A stretch of 64,000 nt of DNA, from the NCBI GenBank assembly GCA_041665485.1, contig JBAYIT010000002.1, forward strand, positions 133,867 through 197,866, given 5' to 3'. The position numbers and the translations under genes were made by a program. This document shows, piece by piece, positions 1-9,392 of this stretch; position 1 is the first letter of the stretch; the number at the start of each line of letters is the position of its first letter. Below the pieces are notes generated by a model. That model was not told the DNA's origin, ran no database searches, and saw only the letters and a list, made by a program, of their open reading frames with translations. The DNA is from Candidatus Shapirobacteria bacterium. GTDB taxonomy: Bacteria; Patescibacteriota; Microgenomatia; UBA12405.

Positions 1-877
1 CATTGGCCTAGGTCTTTTCTTTGTTGGTCGGCAACTAAATCTTTACCAACTTCACCGCTACCGGCATCTACTTCTCATTATTAGCTGTGTTCTTATTTTA
101 CTTCCCATACTTTTAAATCAAATTACCCGCGGGTCACGTCGCTGGATTGACATCGGCCCCATTTCTTTCCAACCATCAGAAATCTCCAAACCTCTCTTAA
201 TGGCCAATATTTCTTATCAACAAATGCCTCTCCTTCATCTTATCCCGGTTTTGCTTATCTCTCTTCAGCCAGACCTGGGCAGTGCCATTTCCGTCTTCGC
301 CCTACTTATTCCGCTTGTCATTGTTAATAAAAAATACCTAATTACTGGAATAATAAGCATTTCGATTTTTCTTCTTCTGTCACCCGTGGCTTATCACTAC
401 CTTCTTCATCCTTATCAACAAAATAGGCTTACTCAATTTCTAAACCCCGCCTCCGATCCAAAAGGTCAAGGTTACAACGTTATTCAGTCAAAAATTGCCA
501 TTGGCTCCGGCGGTCTATTTGGTCGGGGTTACCGTAAAGGCAGTCAAGGACAATTACTTTTTTTGCCGGAGAAACACACCGATTTCATTTTTGCTGCCAC
601 CGCCGAAGAGAGGGGATTTATCGGCATTGTTGCTATTATTTTCTGTTACTATCTCCTGATTAAATCCCTAATTGTCAAAGCCCTGGTTAACTCAAAACCC
701 ATTTATACCGTCTTTACTCTTGGTATCGCCATTCAGATTTGGTTTCAAGTAACTATTAATATTGGCATGAATCTCGGACTTCTCCCGGTTACCGGTATTC
801 CTTTGCCATTTTTATCTGTTGGTGGATCTTCCATTATGGCCTTACTCTTCTCGCTTGGAATCATCCACTCCACCTGA
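1..877 (+). CDS. SEDS family cell-cycle protein RodA/FtsW, 5'-truncated by the window edge
   Basis: The frame is open from nt 2. Translation contains GSRRWIDIGPISFQPSEISK and later GSGGLFGRGYRKGSQGQ...LPEKHTDFIFA, typical of FtsW/RodA. It has multiple TM segments. Confidence 0.8.
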   Translation, partial: IGLGLFFVGRQLNLYQLHRYRHLLLIISCVLILLPILLNQITRGSRRWIDIGPISFQPSEISKPLLMANISYQQMPLLHLIPVLLISLQPDLGSAISVFALLIPLVIVNKKYLITGIISISIFLLLSPVAYHYLLHPYQQNRLTQFLNPASDPKGQGYNVIQSKIAIGSGGLFGRGYRKGSQGQLLFLPEKHTDFIFAATAEERGFIGIVAIIFCYYLLIKSLIVKALVNSKPIYTVFTLGIAIQIWFQVTINIGMNLGLLPVTGIPLPFLSVGGSSIMALLFSLGIIHST

Positions 878-892
878 TATAATTGCCAAAGT

Positions 893-1222
893 ATGAAATA
901 CGCCGTTATCTCGCTTTCCGGTAGCCAATACAAAGTTACTGAAGGCCAAACTGCCACTCTCGACAAAATTGAGGGTAAAGAAGGTGATAAAGTTACCACC
1001 GACCAAGTCCTGCTTATTTCCCAAGACGGAAAAGTTGAACTAGGCAAACCAACTATCAAAGATGCTTCTGTTGATTTCGAAATCGTCAAACATTACCAAG
1101 ACAAAAAAATTAAAGTCTTTAAATATAAATCAAAATCAAGGTATCATAAAACTCAAGGCTTCCGTGCCCAACTCACCGACATTAAAATTCTTGATATTAA
1201 AATTAAATCTAAAACTTTATAA
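893..1222 (+). CDS. rplU: 50S ribosomal protein L21
   Basis: 109 aa starting MKYAVISLSGSQYKVTEGQ, with the L21 signature, and the classic L21-L27 gene pair. Confidence 0.9.
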   Translation: MKYAVISLSGSQYKVTEGQTATLDKIEGKEGDKVTTDQVLLISQDGKVELGKPTIKDASVDFEIVKHYQDKKIKVFKYKSKSRYHKTQGFRAQLTDIKILDIKIKSKTL

Positions 1223-1245
1223 ACTTTATAACTTGTAACTAAAGA

Positions 1246-1497
1246 ATGGCCCACACTAAATCCCAAGGAAAAACCAATCAGAAATCTAATCGTCCCGGTC
1301 AGCGCCGGGGAGTAAAGGTTTTTGGTAGTCAAAAAATCAACACCGGTGAAATCATTGTTCGCCAGGTTGGTTCCAAGGTTCACTCCGGGCCGGGCACCAA
1401 AACCGGCAAAGACTTCACTATCTACGCTGTCCAATATGGTATTGTCAAGTTTTTCAAAAAACTCGGCAAGTCCTTTGTTTCGGTAGTCAAGGCCTGA
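1246..1497 (+). CDS. rpmA: 50S ribosomal protein L27
   Basis: 83 aa starting MAHTKSQGKTNQ...RRGVKVFGSQ, with the L27 N-terminal motif, immediately after rplU. Confidence 0.9.
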   Translation: MAHTKSQGKTNQKSNRPGQRRGVKVFGSQKINTGEIIVRQVGSKVHSGPGTKTGKDFTIYAVQYGIVKFFKKLGKSFVSVVKA

Positions 1498-1547
1498 TAC
1501 ACAACATCTCACTTTTTCACGGCACTTTTTCATGATAATCTTTTTTC

Positions 1548-2390
1548 ATGAAAAGCATCTCCGAACTTCCCACCAATCAGCTTGAACCAAACCCCCTTCA
1601 ACCACGGGGCATTATCAGCCAAGAATCAATCAGTGAGCTAGTCGAGTCAATTAGAGAGCATGGTATTATCGAGCCTTTGATTGTTGCCAAAACTCCCGCC
1701 GGTTACCAAATAATTGCCGGCGAACGTCGCTGGCGAGCCGCTCGTTTTCTCAAAATTGAGCATGTTCCCTGTGTTGTTAAAGAAACTACCCCCCAACAGA
1801 TGTTGGAAATGGCCATTGTTGAAAATCTCCAAAGAAAAGATCTCAACCCCATTGAAAGAGCCAAAGCCTTTCTTCAACTCAAAGAGGAGTTTGCACTTGA
1901 CAACCATGCTATCGCCAAAAAAGTTAGTAAGAGTGTTCCCTATGTCATTAATTGCCTCCGTCTTTTGACACTACCAGACGCCATTAAAGATGGTTTACTG
2001 TCGGGGTTAATTAGCGAAGGCCACGCCAGAGCTTTAGCAGGAATCGACGACACTCGCCTAATGATTGAGGCTTATAAAATAATTCTTAAAGAAAAAGCTT
2101 CAGTTCGCCGGGCCGAAGAAATCGCCCGCCGGATGCGTCAACAAATTGAAGACGGCACCATTCCCATTACTAAAGAAAATCTCCCCCAATTCCTTAAATC
2201 CAAGCTTGACCAAATTAGCACTGATATTGAATCAATTTTTGATGATAAAACTGCCAAAGTTAAAATTTCTCAAACTAAAATCATTACCCGGATCACCTTT
2301 ACTTTTCACGGTCAAATCGATAATCGTTTCGAACACGTCAAAACCCTCTATCAAAACCTTTGCCATCAAGAACTTAAAGAAATTGACTAG
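1548..2390 (+). CDS. parB: ParB/Spo0J chromosome partitioning protein
   Basis: ParB box IIAGERRWRAARF and an HTH region, 280 aa. Confidence 0.85.
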   Translation: MKSISELPTNQLEPNPLQPRGIISQESISELVESIREHGIIEPLIVAKTPAGYQIIAGERRWRAARFLKIEHVPCVVKETTPQQMLEMAIVENLQRKDLNPIERAKAFLQLKEEFALDNHAIAKKVSKSVPYVINCLRLLTLPDAIKDGLLSGLISEGHARALAGIDDTRLMIEAYKIILKEKASVRRAEEIARRMRQQIEDGTIPITKENLPQFLKSKLDQISTDIESIFDDKTAKVKISQTKIITRITFTFHGQIDNRFEHVKTLYQNLCHQELKEID

Positions 2391-2992
2391 ATTCTAATTT
2401 TTGGCACCAAACCAACCGACGTTACCGGCCAATACTTAAAAAAGGCCCGCCCCACAATCAAGCTCTTTTTAATCGGGCCAAACTCCCGTCCATCCCGGGA
2501 ATGTGACCTGTTATCACCCAAACATAAAAACTCTCCCTGAGGTATCGTCTTTTCTACCCCTTCTTGAAGATAACTTCCCGGCTCACTCACATATTCAGCC
2601 GGTAAAAATGTTTCGTTTATCAACTGGCCGTTAACATACAGCTTACCCCCTTTCACCATCGCCGTATCCCCGGCCTTGGCCCTAATTCTTTTAATATATT
2701 CACACTCTTCTGCTGAACACGGCTCTGATGGGGGAGCCTTAAACACCACCACATCACCCACTTGAGGCTCACCCAATTGATAACTAATTTTGTCAGTTAG
2801 CAGATACTCTCCATTCGTAAAATTGGGCAACATTGAATTTCCTTTAACCTCGTTTGGTTGGGCCACAAATAAATAGACCAAGACAAACACCGATAAAGCC
2901 AAAACTATCGATTGGAAAAACTCCAAAATAAACCCTCCCACCGAAAACCCAGCCTGATTCTCGAATTTATTATTCATTTTCATAAGGAACAT
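2387..2992 (-). CDS. lepB: Signal peptidase I
   Basis: N-terminal TM, the GNSMLPNF catalytic Ser box, and the GDNRSHSRDGREFGPI box. Confidence 0.85.
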   Translation of the reverse strand: MFLMKMNNKFENQAGFSVGGFILEFFQSIVLALSVFVLVYLFVAQPNEVKGNSMLPNFTNGEYLLTDKISYQLGEPQVGDVVVFKAPPSEPCSAEECEYIKRIRAKAGDTAMVKGGKLYVNGQLINETFLPAEYVSEPGSYLQEGVEKTIPQGEFLCLGDNRSHSRDGREFGPIKKSLIVGRAFFKYWPVTSVGLVPKIRI

Positions 2993-3043
2993 TTTATACC
3001 TCTAGCCCCTTTCTTGCTATAATCGAAATGCGGTCAACCACTA

Positions 3044-3096
3044 GGTCGTTTAGGAGCCCCCGCCACTGACGGGCTCAGTTGGTAGATTAAAAATTA
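3044..3096 (+). pseudogene. tRNA-Val 5' (acceptor/D-arm) fragment interrupted by a ~20-bp GC hairpin
   Basis: ggtcgtttag...ctcagttggtaga repeats the first ~25 nt of the downstream tRNA-Val, with gagcccccgccactgacggg inserted. Confidence 0.4.
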
Positions 3097-3169
3097 GGTC
3101 GTTTAGCTCAGTTGGTAGAGCACTGCATTCACATTGCAGTTGTCGGGGGTCCGAGTCCCTCAACGACCA
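3097..3169 (+). tRNA. tRNA-Val (anticodon CAC)
   Basis: Hand-folded cloverleaf. Acceptor ggtcgtt/aacgacc. D-arm gctc-agttggtaga-gagc. Anticodon stem ctgca/tgcag with loop ttCACat. T-arm ggggg-tccgagt-ccctc. Confidence 0.8.
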
Positions 3170-3236
3170 CATTCCTGCAAGCATTATTCAATTTTGATAT
3201 ACTTCGCTAACAAATATTCATTAAATAACAAAAACA

Positions 3237-3785
3237 ATGTCTAACAAACCAGAACTCCCCCCTAAAGCAGACTTATACAGGACAGAGGAACATAAACAAA
3301 TTACACAAATGGTAAGTGATTGTATGCGTCTAGGTCCTGGATTAAGAGTAATCTTTAACTTAAAGATTGGTACGACACCTACAAGTGTTCTAGAGGCTGA
3401 GCTAAGAACAGCACTGGAAGTCGCAGGTATTCTTGGTCAACAGGAAGAAACATGTCAATTGACTGTACAGAGCCCCTTTTATAAACACACATATATGGAT
3501 ACAGATTTTGGAGCACACCCCGAGTTATTAGATGAAAATCGGAATCCATTCCGACAAGATAGACAACCCGATAGACCGATTGGTTCTACCTACGATGAAG
3601 CAGGAGTATCACGTCCGATTCTTGTGGTTAATCCAACAGGTCGTCTAGCAAGTCTCAATGTACAAACATACAACCTAGTAGCTACTGCCATCGCTGGTAT
3701 ATCCTTCTCTACGGACCAAAATCTTCCATTGTCTCCCGCTTTAAGTGATAGTGGTAAAATAGTTCCCGTTCAAAGTTGGGAATAA
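3237..3785 (+). CDS. hypothetical protein (compositionally atypical)
   Basis: 182-aa ORF with no recognisable motif. Its codon usage is less AT-biased at wobble positions than that of neighbouring genes. It lies next to tRNA-Val. Confidence 0.45.
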   Translation: MSNKPELPPKADLYRTEEHKQITQMVSDCMRLGPGLRVIFNLKIGTTPTSVLEAELRTALEVAGILGQQEETCQLTVQSPFYKHTYMDTDFGAHPELLDENRNPFRQDRQPDRPIGSTYDEAGVSRPILVVNPTGRLASLNVQTYNLVATAIAGISFSTDQNLPLSPALSDSGKIVPVQSWE

Positions 3786-3856
3786 AACATCGTTTCTCCT
3801 CCTACCACACCTCTCCCAATAAGTAATAAGACAGACCAAGTGTATTTACCACCATC

Positions 3857-4282
3857 TTAAGCACTCAACTTATACCCACCTACTCCACTTTCCAAAAATT
3901 CCTCTTTTTCCTCCCACTCAACCTCTTCTGTTTTAACCAACATTCCTTGTACCAATTTCTGCCCCTTAGTTATACTCATCGATTTATCAGTAGGATTCAT
4001 AAACTCCATTAATACTTCATCCTTATCTCCGCAATAAAACGGATCAACCACTCCGGCTCCATGTGGCACGATTAACCCGGTCTTAAGAGGTGTGCTACTT
4101 CGGCTAAATAACAACATCACATAACCATGAGGAACCTGTATTGCCACGTTTAATGGTATTAACACGATTTTACCGGGATCAACAACCATGTCTTCTCTAC
4201 AGTAAAAATCAAAGCAAGCCGCACCCTTATCATATTCCGGCAACGGCAAACTTTTATCAATTCTCTTTATTCTTAATTTCAT
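3857..4282 (-). CDS. dut: dUTP diphosphatase (trimeric dUTPase family)
   Basis: Motifs AACFDFY, SRSS, GAGVVDPFYCGDKDEV and KLVQGML match dUTPase motifs 1-4. The start is taken at MKLRIKR, an ATG whose A overlaps the stop of the upstream gene (TAATG). Confidence 0.7.
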   Translation of the reverse strand: MKLRIKRIDKSLPLPEYDKGAACFDFYCREDMVVDPGKIVLIPLNVAIQVPHGYVMLLFSRSSTPLKTGLIVPHGAGVVDPFYCGDKDEVLMEFMNPTDKSMSITKGQKLVQGMLVKTEEVEWEEKEEFLESGVGGYKLSA

Positions 4283-6654
4283 TACCACACCTCTCCCAAT
4301 AGTTGATAAGCCATTGTTGCATTTGCCCAAATGGTGGCATTATCGCCCGTTACAGCCAATAATTTTTCTGCTTTTACACCACTAGTCGACCCAAACACAC
4401 TCGGATAAATTTTCCTTCCTCCCAAAAGCCTAGTGTTTATGTCTACTTTTAGTTTTAAATCAGTTGCCTTTTTCCTGGCCACGTCAGCCGTTGCCTTCGA
4501 CATTGAACTATTCTTCAAAACCAAAATAGTTGCCAGGTTATCAATTATTCGCGGACTAACGACCATTTCTTTAGTTATCTTCCTGAATTTAAACAAACTC
4601 TCCATTAACTTAGTTTCATTTCTAGCCGTTACCCAGCCGGAAAGTGCCAATAAATCAATATTGCCAGGATAGCTGGCCAGCAACAAATCATTATCACCTT
4701 TAATCAACCCATACAAATAATCTATTCCAACACTACCAGTCAATTGCATTTTTCCTGTATCTAGTATCATGTTTCTAGTCTCTCCCACCCCAATCTTTTC
4801 CTCAAAATACTGCCATAAATTATCATTATCACTTCTCCCTGTTACCAAGTGATAAGTTCCACCAGTTCCGGTTCCCGTCAAATTCACCTGGCACTGGCTA
4901 GGACCACTATTTATGACTACCCAGCCGTCAGTGTCTAACACTGGCGCTGTCATTCCGGCACACATTACTGCCATTGTCGCCGGCGAGCCCAAATAGAAAA
5001 CTAGTTTAGATGCCGAATAATCAACTGGAGTTACCACTGCCGTTACCCCTAAGCCTAACTCAGCCAGTACCTGATTAATCGACCCATCCACCATCGACCC
5101 ATGATTACTGGTAAGCGAGATTAATCCCGCCCCGGAAACTAAGGCGCTTTTCTTTAATACCGTTGCATCCCCCTCGCCAAAAGAACGGCTAATTGGCTTG
5201 CCATCCGGCCAGTAACCAAGCTTTCTTTCATAAGCGCTTGGTTCGCCCAAACTTAACCATTCCAGAGTTGGCTGGCCTATCGCCACCACTGTTTTCAATT
5301 TAGTCAAAATTGGCCCCAAAACGCTGTGGCTTAAAGCCCACTGATTCTGGGCCGATAAATTAGCCACCGGAATTACTCGAGAGCCGACTTTAGTGTAATT
5401 AAAGGTTGGCAACAGATCTTTAACCGATGGGGCAATTCGCCTAACTGTAGCTAATTCCGATTCGTCCTTCCCTCGGTTAAGGGTCAGTAAAACCTTAAGG
5501 GCAATTGAGCCAAAATCAAATTTGTCAGAAACCTGGGCTCCCATCCAAGCCTCATAAGCCTTAACCGCCCCGTAGTGCGGACTTCCCAAAGTAATCACTT
5601 TATTTAGTCGCGCATCGCTGGAATTAATTCTCGCCCAGTCGCTAGCCACCAATCCGCCCATGCTATGCCCCACCAAATCCACCTTTTCTCCCGCCAAAAC
5701 TTTACTATTAACAAAGGTATTAAAAGTCGTCACCGTCTCACTAATTGGCTTTCGCCAATCATAATTCCACACCCAAAAATCAGTGTTTTTAACTAATCCA
5801 TTATCTTCAAAGGCTTTAATCAAAGCATCGTAATTGCCAACAAACGGCGTCATGCTCCACTCATCCGCCCCCACCGTCTCTCCCGCCACCATCGCCCTTG
5901 GACTCCAACTCGCCCCCATGCCAGGAATGAGGATGATTTTGTTGTGATCAGGAGTTAACTCCCCCGAATATATAACCAAGTTATCGAATTCATTCCTTAC
6001 CTTTCTAGCAGAATAGTCACCCGCCCAATTTCGCAAACCAAAACCACCACTCATAATTTTCGGAAAAATCTGATCGTTATCAACGAATGTTAAAAACAAA
6101 ACTCCATCAAAAAAAGTTTCTATTTTATTACCAGTCAACTTTATTTTTATCTTATGTACGACACCCTGACTAAGGCTGACGGAAGGGGATACAGAAGGAG
6201 CCTTTACCTCAGCTAAATTGTAATAAACACCATTTCTATATTTAAATAGAGAAAAATTATTACAATCTTGAGGCCAGTATTGATCTAAATATCTGTAATC
6301 GATTAAATAATGAGTATTTTTATCAGGAGCAACCCTAAACATGTACTGCTGGTCTACCCCAGAAACACTTATCGCATCTAATTCAACGGTATAGTCAGAG
6401 CCAGTAAACCCCTTAGCGTAAACAAAGGAACTCTCACCTCGACCCACCTCACCAATCATTTTTCCACCATCGACTCTAAAAGAGCTAGAAACTGAGCCAT
6501 AACCGTCGTAATAATCCCACTTATTTAAATTACCAGACTCAAAGTTATCTTGAAAATAAACCACCCCAAATACGTCGTTTGAAGAAACAAAAAGGGCGAT
6601 AAAAAAGAAAATTAAACACGGAATCAACTTCAAGAGGTAAAATTCCTTCAGCAC
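4282..6654 (-). CDS. secreted alpha/beta-hydrolase (lipase/esterase-like, GHSMGG) with N-terminal lectin/LamG-like domain
   Basis: It has a signal/TM N-terminus. The nucleophile elbow is VDLVGHSMGGLV, followed by ITLGSPHYG. An N-terminal beta-rich region looks lectin-like. Confidence 0.55.
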   Translation of the reverse strand: MLKEFYLLKLIPCLIFFFIALFVSSNDVFGVVYFQDNFESGNLNKWDYYDGYGSVSSSFRVDGGKMIGEVGRGESSFVYAKGFTGSDYTVELDAISVSGVDQQYMFRVAPDKNTHYLIDYRYLDQYWPQDCNNFSLFKYRNGVYYNLAEVKAPSVSPSVSLSQGVVHKIKIKLTGNKIETFFDGVLFLTFVDNDQIFPKIMSGGFGLRNWAGDYSARKVRNEFDNLVIYSGELTPDHNKIILIPGMGASWSPRAMVAGETVGADEWSMTPFVGNYDALIKAFEDNGLVKNTDFWVWNYDWRKPISETVTTFNTFVNSKVLAGEKVDLVGHSMGGLVASDWARINSSDARLNKVITLGSPHYGAVKAYEAWMGAQVSDKFDFGSIALKVLLTLNRGKDESELATVRRIAPSVKDLLPTFNYTKVGSRVIPVANLSAQNQWALSHSVLGPILTKLKTVVAIGQPTLEWLSLGEPSAYERKLGYWPDGKPISRSFGEGDATVLKKSALVSGAGLISLTSNHGSMVDGSINQVLAELGLGVTAVVTPVDYSASKLVFYLGSPATMAVMCAGMTAPVLDTDGWVVINSGPSQCQVNLTGTGTGGTYHLVTGRSDNDNLWQYFEEKIGVGETRNMILDTGKMQLTGSVGIDYLYGLIKGDNDLLLASYPGNIDLLALSGWVTARNETKLMESLFKFRKITKEMVVSPRIIDNLATILVLKNSSMSKATADVARKKATDLKLKVDINTRLLGGRKIYPSVFGSTSGVKAEKLLAVTGDNATIWANATMAYQLLGEVW

Positions 6655-6682
6655 TTAATCATGCTAAACAGTTAAAACCTCC

Positions 6683-7567
6683 ATGTCAAGCAAAAATAAT
6701 CAGTATGTTTCCGTAGTAATCGTTAATTACAACTCAACCAAGCACCTAAACAAATTACTAAAATCGACGCAAAAAATAGAAACAAATATCGGCGAAATAA
6801 TAATCATTGATAACGATTCAAAGGTTTTTGAAGAAATATTAAACATACCAAGATGGTTAGTAGGTAAAGTAATAATTCTAAAAAACCAAACAAATTTTGG
6901 ATTTTCTAAAGCCGTAAATCGAGGAATTAAAATAGCAAAACACAAACTCATATTACTATTGAATCCAGATACTCAAATAATTGATAACTCAATATCAAGC
7001 ACTATCCAAATAATTAGTAACAATAAGGATATAGGATTAATCGGAGGAAAATTAATATCAGAAGAAACAGGAAACGAACAACCCACTGCAAACACAAAAC
7101 CAACTGCGCTAACCGCCATTTTTGAGTTTACAATACTGAAAAAAATATTTCCTAACAATAGGTTCACAAAAAAATTCTGGCCAGAAAAAGATAAACACAT
7201 CTCATCACCCATAGAAGTCGAGAGTCTCTGTGGAGCATTCATAATCTTCAGAAAAGAAATAAAAAAACAAAAAATAAGATTTGACGAAAACTATTTTTTA
7301 TATCTAGAAGATTTAGATTTTGGCACCGAAATAAAAAACAATGGCTTAAAAGTGATATTCGACCCAAATTCCAAAGTTGTTCACAAGGGTGGCGCAAGCA
7401 GTAATAGCCGATATAACATAGAGTTGAAACATTGGTATGATTCTAGAAACTACTACTTCACAAAACACCTAAATAATAGCGAAGCGGTTATAATAAAGAT
7501 GATATTCAAACTAGAATTTTATTTACTAAAAATTTTCCATAAATTAAGAAAAACCCCAGAATACTAA
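6683..7567 (+). CDS. family 2 glycosyltransferase
   Basis: VSVVIVNYNS...IIIDNDS and a DxD region, typical of the GT2 N-terminus. Confidence 0.75.
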   Translation: MSSKNNQYVSVVIVNYNSTKHLNKLLKSTQKIETNIGEIIIIDNDSKVFEEILNIPRWLVGKVIILKNQTNFGFSKAVNRGIKIAKHKLILLLNPDTQIIDNSISSTIQIISNNKDIGLIGGKLISEETGNEQPTANTKPTALTAIFEFTILKKIFPNNRFTKKFWPEKDKHISSPIEVESLCGAFIIFRKEIKKQKIRFDENYFLYLEDLDFGTEIKNNGLKVIFDPNSKVVHKGGASSNSRYNIELKHWYDSRNYYFTKHLNNSEAVIIKMIFKLEFYLLKIFHKLRKTPEY

Positions 7568-8337
7568 TGTCCCCAATCACCATCCTTCTCCTCACTAAAA
7601 ACGAATCGGAAAATATAAAGAAGTATTGGGGGTGGGTAGGGGAGTGCCCTAACATCAACCAAATAGTGGTTGTTGACGACTTTTCCACCGACGACACTCT
7701 TACTCAAATTAGTAAATTAAAAACTAAAAATTTAAAAGTTGACGTTTTTCAACGCCACCTCGATAACAACTTTTCTGCTCAACGCCAATTCGCTCTAACT
7801 AAAGCTAAAAATAACTGGATTCTTTGGCTTGACGCCGACGAGAAACCATCACCAGAACTAATTCGATTTATTAACAAAACTCAATTTTTAGAAAAAGTTA
7901 TTTATTCTTTCCCCCGCCAAGACCAATTCTTAGGCCAAATCTTAAAACACGGCGAAACCGCCAATCAGGTTTTTCTCCGCCTTTTCCTCAAAAACTCCGG
8001 CCATTTTGTTGGCGCCGTCCACGAAGTTTGGTCAACCAATCTAACTATTTCAAAAGTTAATTCTCCCATTTTTCATTTCCCCCATCAAAATCTCACTGGT
8101 TTTTTTCAAAAAATTAATTTTTACACTGATATCAAGGCCCAAGAACTTTATCAGCAAAAAATCAAAACCAATATTTTTCAAATTATTTTCTACCCCATCC
8201 TTAAATTTAAACAAAACTACATCTTTCGTCTCGGTTTCCTCGACTCCACTGCCGGCATGATTTTAGCCCTAGGTATGAGCTTTCATTCATTTTTAGTTCG
8301 GGCAAAACTATGGCACCTTTGGTCTCAACGATCTTGA
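7567..8337 (+). CDS. family 2 glycosyltransferase
   Basis: ITILLLTKNESENI...VVVDDFSTDDT, a GT2 signature. The ATG overlaps the upstream stop. Confidence 0.7.
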   Translation: MSPITILLLTKNESENIKKYWGWVGECPNINQIVVVDDFSTDDTLTQISKLKTKNLKVDVFQRHLDNNFSAQRQFALTKAKNNWILWLDADEKPSPELIRFINKTQFLEKVIYSFPRQDQFLGQILKHGETANQVFLRLFLKNSGHFVGAVHEVWSTNLTISKVNSPIFHFPHQNLTGFFQKINFYTDIKAQELYQQKIKTNIFQIIFYPILKFKQNYIFRLGFLDSTAGMILALGMSFHSFLVRAKLWHLWSQRS

Positions 8338-9392
8338 AAATAGCCGCCCTCACTTTTGTTTTCGGCCAATTAGCCCGACTAACTATTTTTGGTTTCAACT
8401 TCCCCTTGGTTGACATTATTATTATCTGTCTTGCCCTAACCTCTCTCCTTAGTCAAAGAAAACTTCTTAATTTCTCTCATCCATGGTGGAAGTTCATTGC
8501 CTATGCCTGGGTAATTCTATTAATAAATCTTATTATTCAAAAGTCTTTTACCTTAACCCCCGTTCTCTATCTTCTTCGCCTCACATCCTTATTGACCATA
8601 ATTATCACTTCTCCCAAAATAACCTCCAAAAATCTCCACTTTCTTGATCTCTGCCTAATCTCCCTTGTTATTTTCGGCCTAATCCAATATTTTGTCTGGC
8701 CAAACTTAACTTACCTGGATGCCACCGATTGGGATCCCCACCTCAACCGCCTAGTTGCCTCTTTTTTCGACCCCACTTTCACCGCTATTCTCTATCTCTT
8801 TTTCTTGCTAAGACTGGCCCTAAATCCATTTAAAACAAAATTAATTTACCTTAGTATTTTTTTTACATATCTTGCCACTGCCCTCACTTACAATCGCTCC
8901 GGATTTTTAAGCCTTTTTGTTGTTAGTTTTTTTATTGCCAAAAAATTATCACGTCCTACAATCTTTATTGCCACCACCATAACTATCTTATTAACTCTGA
9001 TTCTTCTCCCTCAAAAAGCCGGAGAAGGCAACCGTCTTGCCCGCACCTCAACTATCACCGCCAAAATCGAAAACTACCGCCAAGGTTTGAAATTATTCAA
9101 ACAGTCGCCAATTTTTGGCATCGGCTACAATACTATTGGCCTCCATCGCCCCGAAGTTAAACCCACCTCTCATGCCAAATGGGGCTTTGACGGCAGTCTC
9201 TTAAATGTTGCTATCACTACCGGCCTAATTGGTTTATCCCTTTTTCTCTCTGGACTATTTTTTGAATTTAAAGCCGGCAACCTGTTGTCTCAATCACTAC
9301 TTATTTGCCTCCTGGTTCACTCTCTCTTTAGCAATTCTCTACTTTTTCCCTGGACTCTTCTTTATTTTGGTTTGACTAAATATCGTAAGTAA
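8310..9392 (+). CDS. polytopic membrane protein, O-antigen ligase/polymerase-like
   Basis: About 10 predicted TM helices. It sits directly after two GT2 genes. Membership of the Wzy/O-antigen ligase family is inferred. Confidence 0.4.
   Translation: MAPLVSTILKIAALTFVFGQLARLTIFGFNFPLVDIIIICLALTSLLSQRKLLNFSHPWWKFIAYAWVILLINLIIQKSFTLTPVLYLLRLTSLLTIIITSPKITSKNLHFLDLCLISLVIFGLIQYFVWPNLTYLDATDWDPHLNRLVASFFDPTFTAILYLFFLLRLALNPFKTKLIYLSIFFTYLATALTYNRSGFLSLFVVSFFIAKKLSRPTIFIATTITILLTLILLPQKAGEGNRLARTSTITAKIENYRQGLKLFKQSPIFGIGYNTIGLHRPEVKPTSHAKWGFDGSLLNVAITTGLIGLSLFLSGLFFEFKAGNLLSQSLLICLLVHSLFSNSLLFPWTLLYFGLTKYRK

Noticed and set aside
1153-1533. 126-aa minus-strand ORF overlapping rpmA
   Set aside because: It is antisense to the well-supported L27 gene, so it is a shadow ORF.
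4433-4672. 79-aa plus-strand ORF
   Set aside because: It is antisense inside the 790-aa hydrolase gene.
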